From Planctomycetota bacterium (GTDB lineage Bacteria; Planctomycetota; UBA1135; GCA-002686595): a stretch of DNA of 64,000 nt. The stretch covers positions 111,372-175,371 of the forward strand of contig JAWKUI010000009.1 of the NCBI GenBank assembly GCA_041398705.1, in the 5' to 3' direction. The translations under genes were made by a program, and so were the position numbers. Shown here one piece after another: positions 35,113-45,383 of this stretch. The notes beneath the pieces are model-generated. The model was not told the DNA's origin, did no database searches, and was given only the letters and a program-made list of their open reading frames with translations. Position 1 is the first letter of the stretch. Every line of letters begins with the position of its first letter.

Positions 35113-35904
35113 ATGAGCGAAACCCTGCGCGTCGGATCGGTGCCCTACCTTGTGGGCCGCCCCCTGGACCACGGCCTGTCCCGGGAGGAGGGAATCACGT
35201 TGGAGAAGCACGTGCCGGCCCGCCTGGTGGAGCTGCTCCGGGCCGGAAAACTGGACGTGGCACTGGTCAGCTCGATCGAGCTGTTCTGCATGCCGGGGTA
35301 TTCGTACATCCCCGGCCTCTGCGTGGGCGGCAAAGGCGCGGTTTCGAGCGTGCAAGTCTTCCTGCGCCGCCCGATCGAGCAGGTCGACAGCATCGCCATG
35401 GACCCGGCCAGCCGCACCTCCCAGGCCCTGGTCCAGGTCCTGCTCGCCGACCGCAAGGGGGGCCCGCCGTCCTACCACTTCCCCACCCTCGGCCAGGACC
35501 CGCGCGAATTGCCGTGCAGCGCTTGGCTGTCGATCGGCGACCGCGCCCTGCGCCACTTCCACTCCGGCGCCAGCCAGGTGTTCAACCCCTCCTCCGCCTG
35601 GACGCGCAGCACCGGCCTGCCCTTCGTCTTCGCGGCTTGGATCGTGCGCCCCGGCGTCGACATCGAACCGCACCTGCCCGCCTTCCAACGCTCCTACGAA
35701 GCCGGTCGCGCGGCTTCGGGCGAATTGGCGCGCAACGCGGCGCGCACCTGGTCCCTGCCTTCCAAAGTCATCGAAGACTACCTGCGCCAGGAATGCGTCT
35801 ACTCCATGGGTGGGGAAATGGATGACGCTTTGCAGCTCTTCGGCGAGCGCTCCCGGGTCCTGGGATTGGCCTCCGACGAGGCCGTGCCCACCGCCTGCCG
35901 CTGA
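35113..35904 (+). CDS. mqnA: chorismate dehydratase (MqnA), futalosine pathway
   Basis: 'LRVGSVPYLVGRPLDHGL', 'PARLVELLRAGKLDVALVSSIE', 'GLPFVFAAWIV' (VitK2_biosynth/PF02621, MqnA-type rather than the MqnD 'SPCPND' type). ATG 35113 lies within the longer ORF 34696... Confidence 0.8.
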   Translation: MSETLRVGSVPYLVGRPLDHGLSREEGITLEKHVPARLVELLRAGKLDVALVSSIELFCMPGYSYIPGLCVGGKGAVSSVQVFLRRPIEQVDSIAMDPASRTSQALVQVLLADRKGGPPSYHFPTLGQDPRELPCSAWLSIGDRALRHFHSGASQVFNPSSAWTRSTGLPFVFAAWIVRPGVDIEPHLPAFQRSYEAGRAASGELARNAARTWSLPSKVIEDYLRQECVYSMGGEMDDALQLFGERSRVLGLASDEAVPTACR

Positions 35905-35955
35905 ACCGCGCGGGGGACCATTCCGCAGTCCCCGCCCATATGCTAAGGGAGGGGC

Positions 35956-38574
35956 ATGTCCGATGCCGCCCCGAAGAAATCCCGCCGCTGGTTGCGGGTG
36001 ATCCTGATCCTGATGGTGTTGTTCGTCGCGGCGATCGCCGCCGCGCCGTACTGGATCGCGCCGCTCGTGCGCGGCCGCGCGGGGGAAGCCCTGGCGACTC
36101 CGTTCGGCGGCAAAGGCACGATCGAGAGTCTGCACCTGGGTTGGCCAGGCAAAGCCGAGATCGGCGGGGTCGCGCTCAACGACAAGAACGGCCAGCCCAT
36201 GCTGCGCATCGGCGGATTGACGGCGAAAGTCGACACGCTGGGTGCCCTGCGCGGGCGGTTCAAGGCGAGCGGCACGCTGGACTCGTTCGAATTGCATCTG
36301 CGCCAAGGCGCCGGCGGTGAGTGGAACTGGCAACCCGAGACGGACTCCGCGGATGCCGGCAAGGACACCCCGAAAACCGGCAAAGGCGATCCCCTGCCGC
36401 CGCTGGATCTCGACTTCCGTTGGAGCGGCGGCACGCTCGTCTTGCACGGGCCCGGGGGCGAAAGCCGGTTGACCGGACTCGAAGGCAGTCTGATCTGGCC
36501 GCCCGACGGCGGGCCGGCCACCCTCGACGCTCAAGTTTCGGTGCCGGGGCAGGTCGAACCGATCCTGGTGATCACCGGCCGACTCGTGCCGCCCGCGACG
36601 ACGGCACCGACCGATGTGGACGCGCAATTCGAAGTGCGCATCCAAGAGCTCGGCACCCAGGCCTTCGCGGCCCTCGCCGATCCGGCGGCAGGGCCGATGC
36701 CCGAGGGCCACCTGTCGGGCAACCTACACGCGCAAGTTGGCGCGGGCCAGGAAATGCAAGCGACCGGCGACCTGCACTTCCGGGGCTCATGGCCGCTCGA
36801 AGACGGCAAGAAAACCCTCGAACAAGAGGCGGATCTGACCCTGCGGGCGCGGGTCAAACCGCTCGATGCGGGCTGGCAGATGCAACTCGAGGAACTTCGG
36901 TACCAATCCCCCACCGCGTCGCTCGAGGCGGGCGGGCAGCTGACGATGCCGGGTGGGCCCGACACGTTGGCTGGAGAAGTACAAGCCAAAGCGAACGGCA
37001 ACCTCGAACGGGTGCTGCTCGACCTGGCGCCGCTGTTCTCGTTGGAATCGATGAACTGGAGCGGCGCGTTCCAGGCGGACATCGGACTGCGCGGCACCGG
37101 CGGGGTCTGGAACGGCCGCGTGGCCAGCCGGGTGGAGAACCTGCACTTCGACACGGTGCTCGCGGACGGTACGCCGTGGCATTGGGACGATCCCGCCGTG
37201 CAGCTCGGTTGGCAGGGCGAGGCGGACACGGGCCAGATGCAGATCGATACGAGTGCGCTGGACCTCGCCAGCCAGGTGTTGAGCGGTCACCTGAGCGGCA
37301 CGATCCGGATGGAACCCGCCGCCGAGGACGGAACGCCGGGGCCGATGCTCGTGCAGAACCTGCGCGGTACGCTCAAGTATCAACCCGATGAACTCGGGGT
37401 TCTGCTCGAGCCGTTCCTGCCGGGTCGCCTGAGCGGCAGCAGCGAGCGCGAAGTCGAAATCGCGTTCGACGGGCAGGTACAGGAGCTCGATCCGGCATCG
37501 CTGCTCGAGGACCTGCACGGCAGCGCGAAGATCCAATTGGCGCAGTTCTCGGGGTTCGGCTTCGACACGACCGGCGATGTGCAGGTGCAGAACGAGGCGG
37601 GCGGATTGGTGGCCCGCGGGGACCTGCGCGCGAACGGCGGCACGGTGCACCTGGAATCGAGCTGGAATCCCCACGGCGACAGCACCTCGCCGCCGCGGGT
37701 CTCGCTGCAGGTCGACAGCCTCGAATCCAATCCGCAGGTGGCTTCGCTGCTCGAACTCGTGCACCCCGCCCTGCAGACCCTCGGCGCCGATCGCTCCGGC
37801 CAACTGCGCAGCCTGGTGAAAGCTTCGCTCGACCTGGTCTACGACGCGCCGCTACCCGAGGGGCTGCTGCAAGGCGAACTCGCCGGCTTCGACTGGACCC
37901 CGCTCAACGGCACGGGAACCCTGCAGATCCAGGAGGCTTCGTTCGCCGAATCGCCCCTCATGGGCCAGGTTTTGCAGCTGTTCGGTCTGCCCGCGGACAC
38001 GACGGTCTATCTCAAGCCGATCCAGTTCACCGTGGCCAACGGCCGCCTGACCTATGGTCACCCCTGGGAATGGAAGATCCAGGGGTCGGTGACGAAGTTC
38101 TCGGGCTCGGTCGGCCTCGACCGCACCCTCGACCTGAACTGGGTCGTGCCCATCGATGAGACCCTGGTGGCCAAACACAGCGTGCTTCAGCCCCTGTTGG
38201 GACAGACCTTCGAACTGCCCATTGGCGGTTCCGTCAGTTCGCCCCGGATCGATATCAAGGGGGCCTTGGGGGACCTGACCAAGCGCGCGCTCCAAGAAAA
38301 AGCCCGCCAGGAGGTCGAGCAGCGCAAGGACGAGCTGCAGGACAAGGTGCGCGACAAAGTGGAAGAGAAATTGGGCAAGGAACTCGACGGCCTGCTTGGG
38401 GGCAATGGCTCCGGGGCGGATCCCGAGGCCCTGCTCAAGCAGGCGGACAAGCTCTATGACGAGGGCAAGAAGACCGAAGCCGCGGCCCTGTACGAGCAAT
38501 TGCGCAAAAACCACTCAGCCTCCCTCACCTATTTGCTGAACAAATCCCGGATCAAAAAAAGGTCCCAGCCCTAG
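35956..38574 (+). CDS. AsmA/TamB-like outer-membrane biogenesis protein
   Basis: aagggagggg lies upstream of ATG 35956. N-terminal anchor 'RRWLRVILILMVLFVAAIAAAPYWIAP' is followed by a long beta-rich repetitive body, as in AsmA-family proteins. The C-terminus has a charged coiled-coil tail. Confidence 0.55.
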   Translation: MSDAAPKKSRRWLRVILILMVLFVAAIAAAPYWIAPLVRGRAGEALATPFGGKGTIESLHLGWPGKAEIGGVALNDKNGQPMLRIGGLTAKVDTLGALRGRFKASGTLDSFELHLRQGAGGEWNWQPETDSADAGKDTPKTGKGDPLPPLDLDFRWSGGTLVLHGPGGESRLTGLEGSLIWPPDGGPATLDAQVSVPGQVEPILVITGRLVPPATTAPTDVDAQFEVRIQELGTQAFAALADPAAGPMPEGHLSGNLHAQVGAGQEMQATGDLHFRGSWPLEDGKKTLEQEADLTLRARVKPLDAGWQMQLEELRYQSPTASLEAGGQLTMPGGPDTLAGEVQAKANGNLERVLLDLAPLFSLESMNWSGAFQADIGLRGTGGVWNGRVASRVENLHFDTVLADGTPWHWDDPAVQLGWQGEADTGQMQIDTSALDLASQVLSGHLSGTIRMEPAAEDGTPGPMLVQNLRGTLKYQPDELGVLLEPFLPGRLSGSSEREVEIAFDGQVQELDPASLLEDLHGSAKIQLAQFSGFGFDTTGDVQVQNEAGGLVARGDLRANGGTVHLESSWNPHGDSTSPPRVSLQVDSLESNPQVASLLELVHPALQTLGADRSGQLRSLVKASLDLVYDAPLPEGLLQGELAGFDWTPLNGTGTLQIQEASFAESPLMGQVLQLFGLPADTTVYLKPIQFTVANGRLTYGHPWEWKIQGSVTKFSGSVGLDRTLDLNWVVPIDETLVAKHSVLQPLLGQTFELPIGGSVSSPRIDIKGALGDLTKRALQEKARQEVEQRKDELQDKVRDKVEEKLGKELDGLLGGNGSGADPEALLKQADKLYDEGKKTEAAALYEQLRKNHSASLTYLLNKSRIKKRSQP

Positions 38575-38655
38575 GCACCGGCCGGGCCGAACCGGATCGG
38601 CGCAACTCACGGTTCTGTCATTTGGCAGGTGGAAATCCGGGCCTATGATCCGGGC

Positions 38656-39618
38656 ATGGTTCCGCCGCCGCAGGAGTGCTCGCAGGGACCGGGCCGCGTA
38701 CGCCCCACCGGGCGGGTGCTGATGGTCCGGCCGTGCTGCTTTGCGTACAACGCCGAGACGGCGGAGTCGAACCGTTTCCAGGTGCCTGCGCTCGGGCCGG
38801 AGCAGCAGGAGATCCACAACCGCGCGCTGGCCGAATTCGACGGGTTCTGCGAGGGGCTCGAAGCGCACGGCATCGAACTCGATCTCTTCCACGATGATCC
38901 GGTGCCGCACACGCCGGACTCGCTGTTCCCGAACAACTGGGTTTCGTTCCACGAGGACGGCACGCTCATCCTCTATCCGTTGCAGGCGATGAGTCGGCGC
39001 GAGGAGATCCGACGCGATTGGATCGCGAACCTGCAGGAGCAGCTCGGCCATCCGTGGACGCGCACCGTCGACCTGACGCACCTCTGGGATCAAGCGCACT
39101 TCCTCGAAGGCACCGGATCGCTCGTGCTCGATCGCGATCGGCGCATTGCGTACGCCGGCCTCTCTTCGCGGACTACGGCCCCTGCGCTGCTCGCGTTTGC
39201 GAAGGCGAGCGGCTATCGCATCCATGCCTTCCGCACGGCGGATGCGAGCGGCTTCCCGATCTACCACACCAACGTGCTGTTCAGCCTCGGCCCCCACTAT
39301 GCGGTGTTGTGCGCGGACGCCCTGCCGGATCCCCAGGAACGGGCCATGCTGCTGCACGCGCTCGAGCAGAGCGGGCGCGAGGTGATCCTCATCGATCACT
39401 CGCAGATGGCGGATTTTGCGGGCAACCAGATGTTCCTCGAAGGCAAACACGGCAATCCGGTGATCGTGCTTTCGCGCCGCGCCCTTGCGAGCCTCGACGG
39501 GGAGCAACGCCGGCGCCTGGAGCGACACGCGAGCCTGCTTGCCCCCGCACTGGACACGATCGAAGTGCACGGCGGCGGCAGCGCACGCTGCATGCTGGCG
39601 GAAGTGCACCTGCCCTGA
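38656..39618 (+). CDS. amidinotransferase-superfamily protein (arginine-deiminase-related, CtlX-like citrulline utilisation hydrolase)
   Basis: 'VLMVRPCCFAYNAETAESNRF', 'PDSLFPNNWVSFHEDGTLILYPL', 'FLEGTGSLVLD', 'YHTNVLFSLG', and C-terminal catalytic-Cys context 'GGGSARCMLAEV'. The start is uncertain: GTG 38629, ATG 38656 and ATG 38722 are all in frame. Confidence 0.7.
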   Translation: MVPPPQECSQGPGRVRPTGRVLMVRPCCFAYNAETAESNRFQVPALGPEQQEIHNRALAEFDGFCEGLEAHGIELDLFHDDPVPHTPDSLFPNNWVSFHEDGTLILYPLQAMSRREEIRRDWIANLQEQLGHPWTRTVDLTHLWDQAHFLEGTGSLVLDRDRRIAYAGLSSRTTAPALLAFAKASGYRIHAFRTADASGFPIYHTNVLFSLGPHYAVLCADALPDPQERAMLLHALEQSGREVILIDHSQMADFAGNQMFLEGKHGNPVIVLSRRALASLDGEQRRRLERHASLLAPALDTIEVHGGGSARCMLAEVHLP

Positions 39619-39888
39619 CCGGGCGCCACCGCAAGCACGGACACGCGCGCGATACCACGCGCAGAAGGCTACGCGGCGTTTCCCCGGAACTGGGAAGGGC
39701 GAAATCCGCTCGCAACCCGTGAAACGGGCCTTGGGCCCCCATTGCCCGGCCGTGAATTGCACAGGCGTTGCCCATCTGGCGCCCTTGCGGCAAGCTTTGG
39801 GTATCCGATCCGCCCGGCGTCTCACCCACGCTGCCAAGCGCCGCCCCAACCGGGCCGACGCTCCGGCGGTTCCCCAACCCTGTCAAAC

Positions 39889-42090
39889 ATGAAGCGATTC
39901 CCCATTCGGCCCCTCTCCACGGCCTTCGCCGGCGGACTCATCCTGACGGCCTGTAGCGACGACCTCAGCCCGCCGCCGAGCGTTCCCCCGCCCTCCGCCG
40001 TGTACGCCCCGTCCCAGGGTGTCGTGCCCGTCCCCAGCGATCTCCTGTTCTCGGGCACCCAGGACCTGACGTTCCAGATCCCCGGCGTCGATGGCGTAGC
40101 GAACCCCACCGCCACCCCGGTCGAAATCGCGCTCGCCGGCCTCGACGGCTGGTCGCCGGTGGCCCCGATCACGCTGCAATTCAACACGGCGCTCGATGCG
40201 ACCACCCTGGTGGCCGGCGGCACCGTGCGCATCTTCGAGGTGACGCTCGACACCTCGACCGTGCCCGTCGGCGGCCCGGTGAATTCGGTGGTGTCCGAAC
40301 TCGCCGCCGGCACCGACTTCACCGTCGGCCTGGCCCCGGAGATCACCACCGGCAGCTCGGTGCGCGTCTACTTCGAAGCGCCGCTCAAACCCGCCACCTC
40401 GTACATGGTCGTCATGACGAACGGCGTCACCAGCTTGACCGGTGTGCCTTTGGAGAAGACCGGCGAGTACCTGCTGGCCTCGAGCCCCACGCCCTATCCG
40501 GCCAACGGCTCGATCAACCCGCCGATCAACGCCTTGTGGGCCCTGGTCAACTCGCACCTGGTCGCTGCGGAAGGCCAAGGCATCGCGCGCGACAACGTGG
40601 TCTTCAGCAACGTCTTCACGACCCAGGACATCCACGCGGTGCTCAACGGCCTGACCGCCGTGGTGGGCGGCGGGGAAGCCGGCGTGATCGCGCTGATCTG
40701 CGGCAACGTGCCCAGCGGCTGCGCAGGGGAAGTCACCACCGTCGACCCCAACAACACGTCGACGTTGACGATGAACCAGACCTCGGTCATCACCACCGCG
40801 GACGCGTTGCCCGGCAGCCCCGGGCTCGCGGACCTGTACACGGGTGAATTGACCATCCCCTACTACCTGACCGCCGCCAACAACCCGTCCGACACCGCGC
40901 CGGTGAGCGACGCGGCGCCGCTGATCGAGCGCATGCAGGCGCGTTTCCCCTTCTTCACCGGGGACACCGTCAAACACGTGACTTCGTACAACGTGCTGCC
41001 CGCCACCACCGGCCAGGAGACTATCCCGGTGCTCGTTGCGGTGCCGAACGGCACGAGCGGGCAGAGCAAGCCCGTGGGCGGCTGGCCCACGGTCATTTTC
41101 CAGCACGGCATCACCCGCAGCCGCCTCGACATGATCGCGATGGCGGACAGTTTTGCCAACGCGGGCATCATGGTGGTGGCGATCGACCTGCCGCTGCACG
41201 GATACGACAATACGTCGGACCCAGTGCTGTTCGCCGGGTATGACAAGAACGCCGGCGGCGCGCGCGAGCGCACCTTTGGTTTGGACCTGCTCGACGCCCA
41301 GGGCGCGGGCATTCCGGACGGCGTCGTCGATTCCTCCGGCGCGCACTTCATCAACCTGGCGAACCTGCTGGTGGCCCGCGACAACATGGTGCAGGCGACG
41401 AGCGACCTGCTGCACCTGAGCGCCAAGCTGCCCGGGCTCGACTACGACGGCGGCGGCGCGGACGTCGATGCCACCCGCATGCACTTCGTGGGCCACTCCC
41501 TCGGCGGCATGATCGGCATGGCGTTCCTGCGCCAGTCGGCTCCGAACATCCAGTCGGCGACCTTCGCCATGTCCGGCGGTGGCATCGCCAAGCTGCTCGA
41601 CGGCTCGCAGTCCTTCGGCCCGGTGCTGCAGGCGGGCCTCGGCGCGGCCGGGGTGAACCCGGGTACGGCCGACTACGAAGCCTTCCTGTGGGGCGCCCAG
41701 ACGGCGGTGGACCGCATGGACCCGCTGAGCTACGCAGCCGATGTGGCGGCATCGGGCCTGCCGATCCACTTCATGGAGGTGATCGGTGGAGGTCCCGGCG
41801 GCGGTTTGCCCGACGCGACGATCCCGAACACGGTGCCCTTCGCCCCCCTGTCCGGCAGCACCCCGCTGATCGATACCCTGGGCCTGACCCAGGTGACCGC
41901 GGACATTCCCTCGGGCGGTGCGATCCAAGGCGTGGTGCGCTTCATCGAAGGCAGCCACCAGTCGCTCATCAGCCCGAGCCCGAGCGCCGCCGCCTTCGGC
42001 GAGATGCAGGCGCAGTCGGTCGAGTTCGCCGCCACGAGCGGCACGACCCTGACCCTGGTGGACGAGTCGGTCATCGAAACGACCCCCTGA
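39889..42090 (+). CDS. lipoprotein lipase/esterase, alpha/beta hydrolase with bacterial lipase N-terminal domain (VolA/Pla-1-like)
   Basis: Lipobox 'GGLILTAC' follows ATG 39889. The N-terminal extended domain begins 'VPVPSDLLFSGTQDL'. Nucleophile elbow 'HFVGHSLGGMIGMAF' sits in the C-terminal hydrolase domain. Confidence 0.7.
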   Translation: MKRFPIRPLSTAFAGGLILTACSDDLSPPPSVPPPSAVYAPSQGVVPVPSDLLFSGTQDLTFQIPGVDGVANPTATPVEIALAGLDGWSPVAPITLQFNTALDATTLVAGGTVRIFEVTLDTSTVPVGGPVNSVVSELAAGTDFTVGLAPEITTGSSVRVYFEAPLKPATSYMVVMTNGVTSLTGVPLEKTGEYLLASSPTPYPANGSINPPINALWALVNSHLVAAEGQGIARDNVVFSNVFTTQDIHAVLNGLTAVVGGGEAGVIALICGNVPSGCAGEVTTVDPNNTSTLTMNQTSVITTADALPGSPGLADLYTGELTIPYYLTAANNPSDTAPVSDAAPLIERMQARFPFFTGDTVKHVTSYNVLPATTGQETIPVLVAVPNGTSGQSKPVGGWPTVIFQHGITRSRLDMIAMADSFANAGIMVVAIDLPLHGYDNTSDPVLFAGYDKNAGGARERTFGLDLLDAQGAGIPDGVVDSSGAHFINLANLLVARDNMVQATSDLLHLSAKLPGLDYDGGGADVDATRMHFVGHSLGGMIGMAFLRQSAPNIQSATFAMSGGGIAKLLDGSQSFGPVLQAGLGAAGVNPGTADYEAFLWGAQTAVDRMDPLSYAADVAASGLPIHFMEVIGGGPGGGLPDATIPNTVPFAPLSGSTPLIDTLGLTQVTADIPSGGAIQGVVRFIEGSHQSLISPSPSAAAFGEMQAQSVEFAATSGTTLTLVDESVIETTP

Positions 42091-42313
42091 GCGGGCTTTC
42101 TGCCCTTGCGCACCCTGGGGCCGCATCCGCGGCCCCAGGGTGCGCGCATTTCCGGCGGGGTGATTGCCCTGGGCCTCCGGGGCTTTCTATCCTGCACCCA
42201 TCTGAGCGGCCCGGGGGGGACGCCTGGAGGGGACTTCGCGGGTTTTCAGGCCTGCTGGCTCCCATTTCCCCAGGCACTGCTCCCCGGGGCGAGTCCCCTA
42301 CCCGCGTTTTGCC

Positions 42314-44077
42314 GTGAGCAGTCCCACCCTTTTCGACCCGGCTGAGACCGAAGTGCCGAAGAAACAACGCAAGAGCAAGGCCAAAGCCGAGGCCAGTACC
42401 GAGGCCGAATCCACCCCGACCGAAGCTCCGGCCCCCGAAGCCCCCCAGGGCGGCGGTGGCGGCGTCAGCAAGGCCCGCGACATCTCCGTGGCGGAGTTCT
42501 TCGAGAAGAACCGGCACATGCTGGGCTTCGATTCCCCCACGAAAGCCCTGCTGATGGCGGTCAAGGAGGCGGTCGACAACAGTCTGGACGCCTGCGAAGA
42601 GGCCGGCATCCTGCCCGACATCACGGTCGAGATCACCCCCACCAGCGAAAAGCACTTCCTGATGGCGGTCGAGGACAACGGCCCGGGCATCCCCGATACC
42701 CACATCGGCAAGATCTTCGGCAAGCTGCTGTACGGCTCGAAGTTCCACAAGCTCAGCCAGAGCCGCGGCCAGCAGGGCATCGGCATCTCGGCCGCCGGCA
42801 TGTACGGCAAGCTGACCACCGGCAAACCCGTCAAGGTCATCTCCAAGACCCGCCGCGGCCGCCCGGTCGAAACGGTGCTGTCGATCGATTCCCTGCGCAA
42901 CAAGCCGGAGATCCATTCCTCCCAGGAGGTCGCCTGGGAGGGCCGCAGCCACGGCACGCGCGTCGAGATTGAGATGGAGGCCATCTACAAGAAGGGCACC
43001 CGCTCGGTCGACATGTACCTCAAGCAGACCGCGATCGCGAACCCGCACCTGACCGTGCGGTACCGCGATCCGGGCGGCACCGAGTTCGTGTACGAGCGCA
43101 ACACCAAGGAGAAGCCGGCCAAAACCGTCGACATCAAGCCGCACCCGCACGGCGTCGAACTCGGCCGACTGATCACGATGCTCAAGGAGACCACCAGCCG
43201 CTCGCTGTCGGGTTTCCTGCAGGAGGAATTCTGCCGCGTCGGCGCTACCCTGGCGGGCCGCATCATCGATGCCGCCGGCCACGGCCTGACGACCAAGTCC
43301 TACCCCACCCGCACCGCGCGCGAGCAGGCGCAATACCTGCACGATGCGATCCAGAAGACCAAGATCAGCGCACCGCCCTCGGACTGCATCGCGCCGATCG
43401 GCCAGGAGCTCTTGCTCAAGGGCCTGGAGAAGGAGATCACCGCCGACTTCTACGTGACCGCCACGCGGCCGCCGGCAGTCTACCGCGGCAACCCCTTCCA
43501 GATCGAAGTCGGCCTTGCCTACGGCAAACCCGGCGGCGTGGGCCTCGAGGTCACCGACGAAGGGCGCATCCAGAAGAAGTCCAAGGCCGAGTTGGCCACC
43601 GAGGACCTGGTCGCCAACGCCGACGAACCCGCGCGCGTGCTGCGTTTCGCCAACCGCGTGCCGCTGCTCTACCAGCAGGCCGGCTGCGCGATCACGAAGA
43701 GCATCATCTCCACCAACTGGCGCTCCTACGGTTTGACCCAACCCAAAGGCAGCCTGCCGATCGCCCCCATGGCGATCATGGTGCACATCGCTTCGGTCTG
43801 GGTGCCGTTCACCTCCGAGTCCAAGGAAGCCATCGCCGCCTACGACGAGATCATCGCCGAGGTAAAGAAGGCCCTGCAGGACGCCGGTCGCAAACTCGGC
43901 ATCTACATCCGCAAGGGCAAACGCCTGAAGCGCGAATTCGACAAGCGGGAGTACATCGAGAAGTACATCCCCCACATCGGCCTGGCCCTGCAGGAGATCC
44001 TCGACCTGACCGACAAGACCCGCGACGAGGCCGTGGAAACCCTCGAAGACGTGCTGCACCGCTCGCGTAAATTCTGA
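42314..44077 (+). CDS. top6B: DNA topoisomerase VI subunit B
   Basis: Bergerat ATPase boxes '[13 protein letters not shown]' (N-box), 'VEDNGPGIP' (G1) and '[12 protein letters not shown]' (G2), followed by H2TH/transducer-length sequence. GTG start at 42314. A Lys/Ala/Glu/Pro-rich N-terminal tail of about 50 aa is present. Confidence 0.9.
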   Translation: MSSPTLFDPAETEVPKKQRKSKAKAEASTEAESTPTEAPAPEAPQGGGGGVSKARDISVAEFFEKNRHMLGFDSPTKALLMAVKEAVDNSLDACEEAGILPDITVEITPTSEKHFLMAVEDNGPGIPDTHIGKIFGKLLYGSKFHKLSQSRGQQGIGISAAGMYGKLTTGKPVKVISKTRRGRPVETVLSIDSLRNKPEIHSSQEVAWEGRSHGTRVEIEMEAIYKKGTRSVDMYLKQTAIANPHLTVRYRDPGGTEFVYERNTKEKPAKTVDIKPHPHGVELGRLITMLKETTSRSLSGFLQEEFCRVGATLAGRIIDAAGHGLTTKSYPTRTAREQAQYLHDAIQKTKISAPPSDCIAPIGQELLLKGLEKEITADFYVTATRPPAVYRGNPFQIEVGLAYGKPGGVGLEVTDEGRIQKKSKAELATEDLVANADEPARVLRFANRVPLLYQQAGCAITKSIISTNWRSYGLTQPKGSLPIAPMAIMVHIASVWVPFTSESKEAIAAYDEIIAEVKKALQDAGRKLGIYIRKGKRLKREFDKREYIEKYIPHIGLALQEILDLTDKTRDEAVETLEDVLHRSRKF

Positions 44078-44085
44078 TCCCGACC

Positions 44086-45279
44086 ATGGCGAAGAAGAAA
44101 GCAACCAAGAAGGCCGCGACGAGCAAAGCCCCGGCCTCCAGTTCCGCCGCCAAGAAGGCGGTACCGGCCCTCTCCGAGCTGGATCGCAAGACCCTCGGCG
44201 TGATCACCACCACCGCGGACCGGGTGCACAAACGCATCCAGGACCGGGTGCTGCCCGAGCTGAAGTTCCCGGTGCGTTCGCTGCAGAACGTGAACTACAC
44301 GAAATCCGGCGGGTACTTCGAACTCGGCAAGAGCCGCAAGGCGCGCGCCTTGACCGTCAACACGGTCAAGAGTTTCGCCCAGACCCTGCGGCTGATGGCC
44401 CTGTCGAAGGAGATGGTCGAAAACGACAACTTCGCGACGAAACGGGAGGCGTACTACATCTCGAAGAACTGGAGCGAAGCCAAGTTCAACCAGCAGCCCG
44501 AGTCGGACGCGGTGATGGACGACATCGAGGCCCTGGCGAGCCTCGAGGGCCTCACCCGCGAGCAACTGCGCTACCGCCCCGAAGAACACGGCGGCGCCCT
44601 CGCCGGCGAGCTGATCGTGATCGACCGCGACCGCACCACCGGAGCGGAGATCCGCATCGACTGCACGGCCATGGGCACCGGGGCCTACACCATCCCCTCC
44701 TCGGTTGAGCACCTCAAGTTCGAGACCAAAGCCAAGTTCATCCTGGCGATCGAAACCGGCGGTATGTTCCACCGCCTCAACGACCACCAGTACTGGCGCA
44801 CCGCGAACTGCATCCTGATCTCCATGGGCGGCGTGCCCAGCCGCGCCCAGCGCCGGTTCATGCGGCGCTTGTCCGAGGAGAAGAAGCTGCCCCTGTACTG
44901 CTTCGTGGACTGCGATCCGTACGGTATCGCCAACATCTACCGCACCCTCAAGGTGGGCAGTGGTAACGCGGCGCACATCAACCGCTTCTTCTGCGTGCCG
45001 AACGCCGAATTCCTGGGGGTCACGCCCCAGGACATCCTCGACTTCAAACTCGAAGATGCCACCCACCCCCTCAAGCCGGTCGACGTCAAGCGGGCCAAGG
45101 ACGCCCTCAAGAACGACCCCTTCTTCAAGGCGCACCCCGCCTGGAACAAGGCCATCAACCACCTGCTCAAGATGGGCGTGCGTGCCGAACAACAGGCCCT
45201 CGCGAAGTGGGGTCTCAACTTCGTGATCGAGGAATACCTGCCGCGCAAGTTGAAGAACAAGAAGAGCTTCCTTCCCTGA
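44086..45279 (+). CDS. top6A: DNA topoisomerase VI subunit A (Spo11 family)
   Basis: Catalytic-Tyr context 'TKREAYYISKNW'. Toprim residues in 'FILAIETGGMFHRL' (Glu) and 'LYCFVDCDPYGIANIY' (DxD). Located 8 nt after top6B. N-terminal 'MAKKKATKKAATSKAPASSSAAKKA' tail. Confidence 0.9.
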   Translation: MAKKKATKKAATSKAPASSSAAKKAVPALSELDRKTLGVITTTADRVHKRIQDRVLPELKFPVRSLQNVNYTKSGGYFELGKSRKARALTVNTVKSFAQTLRLMALSKEMVENDNFATKREAYYISKNWSEAKFNQQPESDAVMDDIEALASLEGLTREQLRYRPEEHGGALAGELIVIDRDRTTGAEIRIDCTAMGTGAYTIPSSVEHLKFETKAKFILAIETGGMFHRLNDHQYWRTANCILISMGGVPSRAQRRFMRRLSEEKKLPLYCFVDCDPYGIANIYRTLKVGSGNAAHINRFFCVPNAEFLGVTPQDILDFKLEDATHPLKPVDVKRAKDALKNDPFFKAHPAWNKAINHLLKMGVRAEQQALAKWGLNFVIEEYLPRKLKNKKSFLP

Positions 45280-45383
45280 GCGCGGCGGTGCTCTTGTCCC
45301 GCGGGCCCTGGTGGACTCCTCCGCCGGGGCCCGCTGCATTGGGTCCCGGCCCCGCCGGACGCCGGACACGGTAGGATGGCGCC

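Noticed and set aside
42314-45279. The Top6A/Top6B-like pair considered as part of a defence system, such as a Wadjet JetD-type or Toprim nuclease module.
   Set aside because: Both subunits are full length with every canonical topo VI catalytic motif. No SMC/kleisin (JetABC) or other defence genes are adjacent. A bona fide topoisomerase is the simpler reading.
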